Positions 24,235-32,513 of a DNA stretch of 33,689 bases are shown in pieces. The stretch's first letter is position 1. Each line of letters starts with the position of its first letter. Location of the stretch: positions 1 through 33,689 of the forward strand of contig CAZWFM010000001.1 in assembly GCA_964633185.1 (NCBI GenBank). The letters run 5' to 3'. The notes below the pieces were generated by a model, which was given only the letters and a program-made list of their open reading frames with translations, had not been told where the DNA came from and did no database searches. This DNA is from an uncultured Bacteroidales bacterium. GTDB taxonomy: Bacteria; Bacteroidota; Bacteroidia; Bacteroidales; UBA10428. Both the position numbers and the translations under genes were made by a program.

Positions 24235-26652
24235 TTAAACAGATACTGAATTTTTATGATGCTTCTTCCTTTTCTTTTTTGATTTTTGATAATAACCATA
24301 TTTATAGCCATAACTTTTTCGGTGGATGCTAAAATCATTCATAACAAGAGCTAAATTGCTGATTTGTTTATTTTCAATTTCCTCCATGATCTGACTGAAC
24401 ATGCTTCGTGGTGTGATATTTTGCCGAACAAGGAACAGATTAATATCTGAATGATTCATGAGCATGTATGTATCAGAGACCAAACCCAGGGGAGCCGTAT
24501 CGACAATAATATAATCATACATTTCACGCAGAAGGTCAAACAACACTTTTGTTTCCGGAGAGTGGATTAACTCAGAAGGATTTGGAGGGAGATCACCCGA
24601 AGCAATGTAATGAAGATTGGCGTGCTGGGTTTCCACAATGATATCATCCAGGGTAGCCGCATTGATCAGGAAAGTGCTAACCCCAAGGGCAGAATTAATT
24701 TTGAGGTAATCGTTTAACATTGGTTTACGTAAGTCAAACCCAACGAGCAGGGTTTTATAGTCATTCATTGTATAAGATAAAGCAAGACTTGCAGAAACCA
24801 TTGATTTACCTTCCTGTCCAATTGAAGAGGTAACAAGTATAACCTGACTTTTGTTTGTTCTGCCGTAATATTGGAGATTGGTCCGAATTGATCTGATGGA
24901 TTCAGCCATGGCAGATTTTGGAAATTCTGACATAGCAAGAGTACTTTTGGTATCGTTACGTAAAACCGTACCAATAATCGAAAAATCAGTATAATCAGAA
25001 ATTTCGGATACATCAACAATTTTATCCTCATTAGCCTCTTTGTACAGTATAATTCCTATAGGAATAATGAAGCCCAAAAATAAGCCTATTACCAGGTTTG
25101 CTTTCCTTTTCGGAAAAACGGGGGAATCACCTATCATTCTGGCTTTCTCAATTACTGAATTATCGGGAAGATTAGAAGCCTTGGCAATCTGTGCTTCGGC
25201 ATGACGCTGAAGCAAATTCGTATAAACGGCGTCACTCAAATTATAAAGTCGCCTGATATCAGCCAATTCACGTTCATTCGCCGGCAACTGTCTTATTTCC
25301 CTTGTAATTCTCTGTATTCGATCCTCCAGGTCCTGTATGGACAATTTAGAAGTGTTTAAACTATATTTTACATTCTCAATAATGGTTTTCTTAATGTTTT
25401 CAATTCTTGATTCAATCGTATTAAGGTAAGGATTGAGTTCCTGGTTGTTATCAATAAGGCTCTTTTTTTCGGCGTTAAGTGTTGCCAGCTCCTGAATCAG
25501 ATTATTTAGTAACGATTCTTCAATTCCCATCGATGATGGGGCAACCAGATCTGTTATATCCTTATTCTTATTGGTAAGGTATTCATTGATGTACTCATAA
25601 TACTTGTGTTTAATTTCTGCATCAGCCTTTTGTCCTTTTAAGGTTTGAAGTTGCTGGGTCAGACTTCCTGCTTTTGTTGGAATATCAATGACCTGATACC
25701 GCGCCTGGTAATCCTGCATTCTTTTTGCTGTGTAGGATAATGTATCGGAAATCTGACCAATCTGACTTTCTATATATTCCAGGGTGATATTTGCATAGTG
25801 ATTTTTCTTCTCAAGATTTTCTTTCATGTATTGATCCATCAATTCATTTAAGAAGTCGATACCTTTATCTATATTTTTCGACTTCATGTCAATTACAAGT
25901 ACTGATGCAAACTGGTGTGTCGTAGATGTTGTGAGAGAATTGCCATATTCATAAACCAGATCAGGCATTGAGTTGAAAGAAAAGAAGAATTTTCTGTTGG
26001 TCAGTTCTTCCTGACTATAGCCATTGTTAAGAAGAACCTTGAAACTACAGTAATTCGTTTTGATATCCTGTCCGATTTTAACTTTAACATCAAATGAGAG
26101 TTTGTCCATGGAATAGAGTGTCTTTTCATCCTTGAATCTGTAGATTTCAACATCCTTTTCATTAATCTTTAATATAAACGTATTTTTATCCAGAAACTTC
26201 AGTGTAAATTTCACATCTACCGGTTGTGGATACGAGGGATCAAATACTACCACAAAGGGAGGATCTTTATACAATTCCCTGGTGATAAGATCTTTCCTGG
26301 AATAATAAGAAACATTTAAGTTCAGGTTTAGAATGGACTTTTCAACCAATTCAGCCGATTGCACTACGTGCATCTCATTATAAGCACTGTAAGTTTGTTC
26401 AATTGAATTTATTGCATTAAAATCTCTTCTGCCGCCACCAGATGTAGACATTCCGGCTCTGCCTTCCTGTTTTATCAAAAGTTTTGCTCCAATTCTATAG
26501 ACTGGGGTAACCAGTTTGTTAAACAATACGATTCCGGCCAAACAAATTGCTAGTGATATAGCAAATACATGCCATTTTTTTATGGCTTTTCTTATGAAAG
26601 CAATATATTCTTTTTCTTTTGGTTTTCGAGAAACTTTGACATTATGTCCCAT
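24235..26652 (-). CDS. wzc: Polysaccharide co-polymerase / tyrosine autokinase (Wzc, PCP-2a type)
   Basis: TM1 WHVFAISLAICLAGIVLF, a long coiled periplasmic region, TM2 LVIGLFLGFIIPIGIILY, a P-loop domain VILVTSSIGQEGKS (Walker A), IIVDTAPLG (Walker B), and a Tyr-rich tail SYGYKYGYYQKS. Confidence 0.9.
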   Translation of the reverse strand: MGHNVKVSRKPKEKEYIAFIRKAIKKWHVFAISLAICLAGIVLFNKLVTPVYRIGAKLLIKQEGRAGMSTSGGGRRDFNAINSIEQTYSAYNEMHVVQSAELVEKSILNLNLNVSYYSRKDLITRELYKDPPFVVVFDPSYPQPVDVKFTLKFLDKNTFILKINEKDVEIYRFKDEKTLYSMDKLSFDVKVKIGQDIKTNYCSFKVLLNNGYSQEELTNRKFFFSFNSMPDLVYEYGNSLTTSTTHQFASVLVIDMKSKNIDKGIDFLNELMDQYMKENLEKKNHYANITLEYIESQIGQISDTLSYTAKRMQDYQARYQVIDIPTKAGSLTQQLQTLKGQKADAEIKHKYYEYINEYLTNKNKDITDLVAPSSMGIEESLLNNLIQELATLNAEKKSLIDNNQELNPYLNTIESRIENIKKTIIENVKYSLNTSKLSIQDLEDRIQRITREIRQLPANERELADIRRLYNLSDAVYTNLLQRHAEAQIAKASNLPDNSVIEKARMIGDSPVFPKRKANLVIGLFLGFIIPIGIILYKEANEDKIVDVSEISDYTDFSIIGTVLRNDTKSTLAMSEFPKSAMAESIRSIRTNLQYYGRTNKSQVILVTSSIGQEGKSMVSASLALSYTMNDYKTLLVGFDLRKPMLNDYLKINSALGVSTFLINAATLDDIIVETQHANLHYIASGDLPPNPSELIHSPETKVLFDLLREMYDYIIVDTAPLGLVSDTYMLMNHSDINLFLVRQNITPRSMFSQIMEEIENKQISNLALVMNDFSIHRKSYGYKYGYYQKSKKKRKKHHKNSVSV

Positions 26653-26680
26653 GGAAAATATTGTTTTTTCTGTGCACTTA

Positions 26681-27454
26681 TTAATTGTTTATAAAAGATA
26701 AAAGCAAAATAAGTGTACTGACACTGGTTAAAACCAATGAAAGAGGTTGATAAATTAAATTAAAACGTTTGGCACCCAAAGGTTTAACATAAAGGATATC
26801 ATTTTCCTGTAACAAATAATCTTCAGAAGATACAAAATTCGGATCGCGAAGGTTGAGTCTTTTCTTAATTATATCATTACCGTCCTGACGTATTAAAAAA
26901 ACACTCTTTCGATTACCAAAATCGGTAATATCACCTGCTAAACTCAAGGCGTCAAAAACATTAAGATGTTCTTTTGTATATATATATGTTCCAGGCACTT
27001 GTACTTCTCCGATCACAACAATTCGTTGATTCACAAATTTAACTTTTACCACCGGTTGATTCAGATATCCCTCCATCGATTTCTGCAATTTAATTGCTGC
27101 TTCACTCAAAGTTAAGCCACCTACATGTATGACCCCGATTACCGGAATATGAATATAACCGTCAGCATCGACCGTATAAGCGACCAGTGCCATTCCTATT
27201 TCGGAGATGACGGCCAGGTCAATACTACTTGTTTGCATAAAATTGCTGTTCGTCTGATCAGTGTTTACAGCCTGAATGGATAACAGATCGTAAGGTTCGA
27301 TAAGCTTTGGTTTTATTTCAGTACCCTTATATCGGTAAACATCCTGCTTATCTTTTTCGCTAAGATATTCCATTTTTTTAACCGGTACACAGCTTGACAG
27401 GATGGATAACAGAATAATCAAGCGAAAAACTGATATAAAATACATTTTTTTCAT
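26681..27454 (-). CDS. wza: Polysaccharide export outer-membrane lipoprotein (Wza-like, Poly_export + SLBB)
   Basis: Lipobox LSILSS|C. EPYDLLSIQ (export motif region). VVIGEVQVPGTYIY....LNVFDALSLAGDITDFGNRKSVFLIR (SLBB). C-terminal hydrophobic helix LSLVLTSVSTLILLL. Confidence 0.85.
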   Translation of the reverse strand: MKKMYFISVFRLIILLSILSSCVPVKKMEYLSEKDKQDVYRYKGTEIKPKLIEPYDLLSIQAVNTDQTNSNFMQTSSIDLAVISEIGMALVAYTVDADGYIHIPVIGVIHVGGLTLSEAAIKLQKSMEGYLNQPVVKVKFVNQRIVVIGEVQVPGTYIYTKEHLNVFDALSLAGDITDFGNRKSVFLIRQDGNDIIKKRLNLRDPNFVSSEDYLLQENDILYVKPLGAKRFNLIYQPLSLVLTSVSTLILLLSFINN

Positions 27455-27601
27455 TTTGTAGAGATCTTATTGGTTTTTACTATTTCGATAGACAGTTTTT
27501 ATACTATAATTAAAATAAAAATCCGACAATTATTATATCAAAATAAATGATCTAATAATTCATTAAATTAATAGATCAAATTCACTGATTGTTTTATGCG
27601 T

Positions 27602-27609
27602 CAAATGTA
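27602..27609 (-). promoter_or_regulatory. Candidate -7 box (TACATTTG) for the wza-wzc-wzx-wzy block
   Basis: Exact TAnnTTTG match in the 402-nt AT-rich gap, 148 nt upstream of the wza ATG. No clear -33 element. Confidence 0.25.
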
Positions 27610-27856
27610 CAACCTTATTGAAATTATACATGAATCATAAATCAATTTTTGATAGAAGACTGATATAGTTAAAGGAAACCATATTTTTCTATGTCAAACG
27701 CTTTGGCAATTAATTCATTAAATACAAACTGATTGATAGTATGCTGATATACTGTATAAAACTTCAGGTGCATTTTTTCATATTGTCAGTGAATCTCAGA
27801 ACATCTTGTTCAAACAATTCACAGAGCAGGCATTGTTCATAAATACCGGATAAACA

Positions 27857-28930
27857 TTAATTTGCAGCGACTTGCTTTATAATTCTGTCAGCAGCTTTAA
27901 TAGCCTCTGTCATTCTAAACCGATTGCGTGATTTAAGCACTTCTCTTTTATATTGATCATAGTTGTTTTTGTTGAGGAGGAACTCAATGGCATTTGCAAT
28001 TTCCTGTGGGCATCCAACAGGAACGAGAAAACCATTTTTCCCGTTTTCGATTATATCTTCCTCCGATCCGGCTATGGTAGAAACAGGCACTAATCCGGCA
28101 GCCATTGCTTCCACGAGACTTATTGATAATCCTTCCTGGCGTGAAGCCTGAACATAGATATTCGATTTTTTCAGATAGTTCACAACATCTTTATTATAAC
28201 CGGCAAAATGTATATTTTCTTCCAGTTTCAAGCGCTTTGTTAATTCCTTCAGACTATTCATTAACGGACCATCTCCTACAATGCAGAATCGAATCCTATG
28301 GTTTTTTTGCTTTAGAATATATACACTTTGAATAATATCTTCAACTCTCTTTCGTTCAATGAGTTCGCATGTTGTGATAATATCGTACTCTATTTGTATG
28401 TTATCATCTGTTTCAAACCAGTCATCTTTTATGCAATGCGGATAAATGCCTGTTCGGTTGCTTTGAATTCCAATTGATTCCAGATACGGCCTCATGGCAT
28501 TCCCTGTGATTGTTACATAATCTGATCTTCGGAGGATGAATCGCAGAAATTTCTTATACCATGATTTTTTTAATCCAACATCAAAATCTTTTCCGATCAA
28601 ACCGATCGAGACGGGGATGGAAAACTGTTTAGACAATATCCATGCAACAATTCCCCAGGGATAAGGATTAAATGTAACAATATAGTTGATCTTATTCCTT
28701 TTAATCACTTTCCGGCCACACCAATATAGTTTTAAAAACTCAGTACATGAATTGGCAGCTTTGTAATGATAAAACTGAGAATTTGGTACTTCATAGAAAG
28801 GCAGGTCATACCTCACAACATGAAGTAGTCTGGTATTATTTGCTAATGCAAAGGGATAAATATGATACCATGAATTAGCCTGGCTTAGTTTACCAATCCA
28901 TAGTCCGGTAAGAGCTTTATTATTTTCCAT
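27857..28930 (-). CDS. GT4-family (GT-B, retaining) glycosyltransferase
   Basis: C-terminal half RFCIVGDGP....L......L...I.F.GY, SRQEGLSISLVEAMAAGLVPVST (E-x7-E), GFLVP. Confidence 0.8.
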   Translation of the reverse strand: MENNKALTGLWIGKLSQANSWYHIYPFALANNTRLLHVVRYDLPFYEVPNSQFYHYKAANSCTEFLKLYWCGRKVIKRNKINYIVTFNPYPWGIVAWILSKQFSIPVSIGLIGKDFDVGLKKSWYKKFLRFILRRSDYVTITGNAMRPYLESIGIQSNRTGIYPHCIKDDWFETDDNIQIEYDIITTCELIERKRVEDIIQSVYILKQKNHRIRFCIVGDGPLMNSLKELTKRLKLEENIHFAGYNKDVVNYLKKSNIYVQASRQEGLSISLVEAMAAGLVPVSTIAGSEEDIIENGKNGFLVPVGCPQEIANAIEFLLNKNNYDQYKREVLKSRNRFRMTEAIKAADRIIKQVAAN

Positions 28931-30029
28931 ATTGAAGAAGTTGCTTATAACAATTGTAAGTTTCTGTAACCATTTCCTCTATATTAAACATGTTTTTAAT
29001 CCTGTCCTGTCCGGTTTTACCAAATTGTTGTATCAATGTTGGAGTATCAATAAGCTTAAGGATTAACTGTGCTAAAGTTCTGTCATCGAATGGCTTTATT
29101 AAATACCCGGTTTGGTTCTCAACAATTATTTCATTGGTTCCTCCTCCTGCTGAAGCGATCACAGGCTTGCCCTGAGCCATAAACTCCATGATGGAATTGG
29201 AAATGCCTTCAAGATATTTTTTTGCATTGGTTGTCAATACTCCAATATCACACAATTGAATAACGGGTTCAACGTTATGAACCTGTCCCAGGAAAAATAC
29301 CTGTTCAGGATATGGATTAACTTCCTTGTTCAATAGCTTTATATTTTCTAACAGGATTCCATCACCAACGCACAGAAAGGATATATCCTTACGTTGTTTC
29401 AGGATATGACTTGCAGCCAGTATAAATGTTTTGTAGTCTTTGCGGATGAGAAAAGCTCCGACCATACCAACAATATATTTGGTATGAACCCCAATATTTT
29501 TTCTTAACTGTTCAGAATCCGAAGCCTTGTTTCTTTTAAAATTGTATCCGTTATATATTACTTTGGCTTTATTCCTGGGGACTTTAAAAGCTTTGAGTCC
29601 TGCATATGAATTGCATAATACCATGGAAGAAAAGGGCATAGTCAATCGTGATCTGATGTACTCATTCGATAAGAACCTCACTTTTGCGGTGGATACTATA
29701 CTATTAACAAACCTGATTTTAAGCAGAAAACAAGCAGGTGCAGCTACAACAGGAGCAAACAATCCCCAGGTATGGACAATATCCGGCTTTTCCTTTTTCA
29801 TGAACCGGTAAAATGCCGAGAATACCCTGAGGTCTTTACGGCTTTTCCTTGGGATAATTTTAATGACAATATTTTTTATTCCCCTTATTTCAGGGTATTC
29901 AACTATGTCCTGTAATAATGTTAATACAATAGAAACCGTTTCTACTTCGTTCAGGTATTTTATTAACTCAACTAACCTGCGTTCTGTTCCTCCTTTGTGC
30001 AGACTGTCAATAAGAAAGACAATTTTCAT
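28920..30029 (-). CDS. GT4-family glycosyltransferase
   Basis: MKIVFLIDSLHKGGTERRLVEL (N-terminal GG loop), FLCVGDG, EGISNSIMEFMAQGKPVIAS (E-x7-E), TGYLIKP. The listed ORF starts at a TTG at 30038; the first ATG is at 30029. There is an 11-nt overlap with the downstream GT4. Confidence 0.85.
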   Translation of the reverse strand: MKIVFLIDSLHKGGTERRLVELIKYLNEVETVSIVLTLLQDIVEYPEIRGIKNIVIKIIPRKSRKDLRVFSAFYRFMKKEKPDIVHTWGLFAPVVAAPACFLLKIRFVNSIVSTAKVRFLSNEYIRSRLTMPFSSMVLCNSYAGLKAFKVPRNKAKVIYNGYNFKRNKASDSEQLRKNIGVHTKYIVGMVGAFLIRKDYKTFILAASHILKQRKDISFLCVGDGILLENIKLLNKEVNPYPEQVFFLGQVHNVEPVIQLCDIGVLTTNAKKYLEGISNSIMEFMAQGKPVIASAGGGTNEIIVENQTGYLIKPFDDRTLAQLILKLIDTPTLIQQFGKTGQDRIKNMFNIEEMVTETYNCYKQLLQYGK

Positions 30030-30396
30030 GTGTATCAATCTTTGTATTGAACTATTGGTTTTCTGTTATTTGGTTATTTAATTTGCATGGTGGTACAAGT
30101 CGCCTCACATTGAATCAAATGTTCAATGATGAGGGATTCATTTGAAATTTTTTTATTTCAAATAGTGTATTGAAGCTAAACTATTATTAAAAGAATCAGG
30201 AATATTCATAAGGATAGGGTTTTTATAAGAATGATTTTCAGGTTATACATTACTTTTTTAACAGTACAAAAGTAATTTAATACAATGAACTCCCTAAGTT
30301 GTAATGTTGCTTTTTGATAGATAACCGAATTTGGCCAGTAAGCTGTTCATTCTACAGGCCAAATGAAATAAGGAATTGTTGTTTTAAGCTTTGCAT

Positions 30397-30425
30397 AAAA
30401 AAAAGCTACCCCAAGGCAGCTTTTT
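30397..30425 (-). terminator. Rho-independent terminator after the bTHX-fusion gene
   Basis: The minus-strand transcript reads AGCUGCC-UUGG-GGUAGCU (one mismatch) followed by U8. It lies 22 nt past the stop at 30448. Confidence 0.7.
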
Positions 30426-30447
30426 GTAAATAATAATATGATAGGTT

Positions 30448-30999
30448 TTATTTTTTCTCTTCCTTCTTCTCTTTCGGTTTTTCATCAGTTTTTGCCTTCG
30501 CTTTTACTTTGGCAGAAGGTTTTTTCCCTGGTTCCTTATTTTCCTCAGCTTTTTTTGGTTTCTTTGGTGCTTCAGACTTCTCTTTTGGTTTTTCTACTTT
30601 TTCTTCTGGCTTTGTTTTTTCTTTCTTATCCGGATCTTTTTCTGTTTTTGCTTGCTTCTCAGGCTTTTCTTCCTTTGCCTTTTCTTTAATTTCAGCCTTT
30701 GATTTGGGTTCTTTTGTTAATGGAGTTTCCTCCACAGGTGCAGCTTCCTGCTTCTGTTCAGCTCCTTTATCCTGTATTATTGCTTCCTGTTTAACTACTT
30801 CTTCCTGAATTATGGGCTCTTCTACAACAACTTCCTCTTTCTTAGGTATCGTTTTCTTTGGAGTAACTTTTTTCCGAGATACTTTATCTGAAGAAATTAA
30901 TGCTGACTTTTTTGTTTTTGCCTTTTTCCTTCTTCTTCTAACCCCGTAAGAACCATTAATGATTTTACCTCTTTTTGTTTTTTTATCGCCTTTACCCAT
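30448..30999 (-). CDS. Ribosomal protein bTHX homologue fused to a ~155-aa Lys/Glu/Pro-rich low-complexity tail
   Basis: The N-terminus MGKGDKKTKRGKIINGSYGVRRRRKK aligns with my recollection of Thermus Thx ([26 protein letters not shown]). The frame then stays open through KPKEK/EEKPEK-like repeats to 30448. A -7 box lies upstream and a terminator lies just after the distal stop. Confidence 0.7.
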   Translation of the reverse strand: MGKGDKKTKRGKIINGSYGVRRRRKKAKTKKSALISSDKVSRKKVTPKKTIPKKEEVVVEEPIIQEEVVKQEAIIQDKGAEQKQEAAPVEETPLTKEPKSKAEIKEKAKEEKPEKQAKTEKDPDKKEKTKPEEKVEKPKEKSEAPKKPKKAEENKEPGKKPSAKVKAKAKTDEKPKEKKEEKK

Positions 31000-31025
31000 A
31001 TACTATTTTTTTTATTTCAGGAGGC

Positions 31026-31033
31026 CAAATGTA
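31026..31033 (-). promoter_or_regulatory. Candidate -7 box (TACATTTG) for the bTHX-fusion gene
   Basis: Exact TAnnTTTG match 27 nt upstream of the ATG at 30999. Confidence 0.35.
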
Positions 31034-31574
31034 ATACAATTTTTCTTTTGAAGAAAACTTAAATCATAAATGGGTCATTAACAATAAGTTTTGAATTTGC
31101 CAAATAGAGCATTCTAGACACTGGAGCTTTGCTAATTTCATTACAAACCTGCTTACGGACCTAATTGCATATTCGTTTCTTCCCAAAAAACCTTCAATCA
31201 ATCTGGAAATAATTGATAATAAAGCATTAACAAGATAATATTATTTCGACACACGTTATATAAGATATTTTCCCTCAAGCCGGGAGGGTTCTTACTTTTT
31301 ATTCAACCTATGTTTATTTTATTTTGTGTTCATGAACTCACTTCGTTCGGTTCCATTGATGAAAAAGTAAGCAAACCTGCCTGCCGTGCGCAGTCAGACA
31401 GAAAATCCAAAAAAAATAAGCTTGACCACATTCCATAGCAATCTTATCACATGTAGCACGCATTTTTTTCAACGCTCACTCAGTTCTTTTTCTCTTTATG
31501 ATTAACCAATTCATTCTATTTACTACTATAGTTTGTTCAGGCATGTGCGGTAGGCGAAAAACCTGCGATATCGG

Positions 31575-31612
31575 GTCGGCCGTAGCTTGTGGGCTGACTA
31601 GGTTTTTCTTTC
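31575..31612 (+). terminator. Terminator-like hairpin plus T-run immediately upstream of the GH5 start (terminator of an unannotated transcript, or an attenuator)
   Basis: GUCGGCC-N10-GGCUGAC (7 bp including one G-U pair) followed by UAGGUUUUUCUUUC. It ends about 20 nt before the GTG at 31631. Confidence 0.35.
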
Positions 31613-31630
31613 AGTTCCTGTAATCAACCT

Positions 31631-32443
31631 GTGAATAGCATGACTGAATATTCTAAATACCGGGGATTTAATCTTCTTGCTAAATTTAGTGGTTTAGGCC
31701 CCAGAAAACAATTTCAGGAAGAAGATTTTGAGATTATGGCTGAGTTGGGATTTGATTTTGCACGAATACCGATGTCCTATTGGAATTGGGCGAAAGTTGA
31801 TGATTGGTATACAATCGATGAAGAAATATTCAAAGATATTGATGAGGTTATTGAGCTTGGGAGACAGTATAAAATACACATTAATTTAAATATGCACAGA
31901 GTTCCCGGGTACTGCATCAACCGGGGAGATTTGGAACCATTTGATCTATTTCATGATAGTGAGGAAAATATGCAAAAAGCTCTGGACGCAGTTGTTCACC
32001 ATTGGAAACTTTTTGCCGAAAGATACAAAGGGATCTCAAGTGAACAATTAAGTTTTGATTTGATCAATGAACCTCCTCATCTGGAAGAAGAAACCCGCTA
32101 TATTGAAGTAGTCAAAGCACTTGTTGAGGGTATTCGCGAGAAAGATCCCGAACGATTAATTGTTGCCGATGGCAAAGATGTGGGAAGACCTCCTGTTTAT
32201 GGTATTGTTGATTTAAATGTTGTACAAAGCGCAAGGGGATATGATCCGATGAGTGTAAGTCATTATACTGCCAAATGGGTACCTGAGAATGCATTTCAAA
32301 CATTTGATGTTCCTACCTGGCCTCTTAAAGGAGACTTTGGTATAATGAACAGCAATCGTCCGGATGTAAAATATGAAAATTACAAAGGCCATAAGCTGGA
32401 TCGAAAGATGCTTGAGTTACTGAAAAAATATATGACAGACTGA
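31631..32443 (+). CDS. Glycoside hydrolase family 5 (cellulase-fold) protein, apparently missing the catalytic nucleophile segment; no signal peptide
   Basis: YRGFNL, FDFARIPMSYW, HINLNMHR, FDLINEPP (acid/base NEP), SVSHYTA (H-Y). Only 17 residues after KWV it runs straight into a C-terminal-type sequence, GDFGIMNS...KGHKLDRKMLELL. The start is the GTG at 31631 or the ATG at 31640. Confidence 0.7.
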   Translation: MNSMTEYSKYRGFNLLAKFSGLGPRKQFQEEDFEIMAELGFDFARIPMSYWNWAKVDDWYTIDEEIFKDIDEVIELGRQYKIHINLNMHRVPGYCINRGDLEPFDLFHDSEENMQKALDAVVHHWKLFAERYKGISSEQLSFDLINEPPHLEEETRYIEVVKALVEGIREKDPERLIVADGKDVGRPPVYGIVDLNVVQSARGYDPMSVSHYTAKWVPENAFQTFDVPTWPLKGDFGIMNSNRPDVKYENYKGHKLDRKMLELLKKYMTD

Positions 32444-32513
32444 TAAATCCATAAAAATACTATTCAGTCCGGCATTCAGATTTGCATTAACAAACAGTAT
32501 GAAAAAGAACAAT

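Noticed and set aside
9776-25031. Same-strand nested ORFs in alternative frames (9776..9967, 14868..15182, 16317..16697, 22904..23209, 24765..25031)
   Set aside because: Each lies entirely inside a longer ORF that has clear family motifs. There are no signals for frameshifting and no motifs in the nested translations.
30438-30808. Two + strand ORFs (83 and 99 aa) rich in Phe, Leu and Ser, opposite the bTHX-fusion gene
   Set aside because: They are mirror-image products of a purine-rich, low-complexity coding strand. The minus-strand frame has a recognisable bTHX N-terminus, a promoter box and a terminator.
31376-31402. REP-like or miniature repeat element (TGCCTGCCGTGCGCAGTCA)
   Set aside because: There is only one copy in the window. 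The similar CAGACAG string at about 17800 is too short to count. The repeat status cannot be judged without the rest of the genome. The element is retained only as part of the structured-leader finding.
32444-32513. Possible bidirectional terminator between the convergent GH5 and sensor kinase genes
   Set aside because: The apparent symmetry (TTCAG...TTCAG) is a direct repeat, not an inverted one. No stable stem could be drawn.
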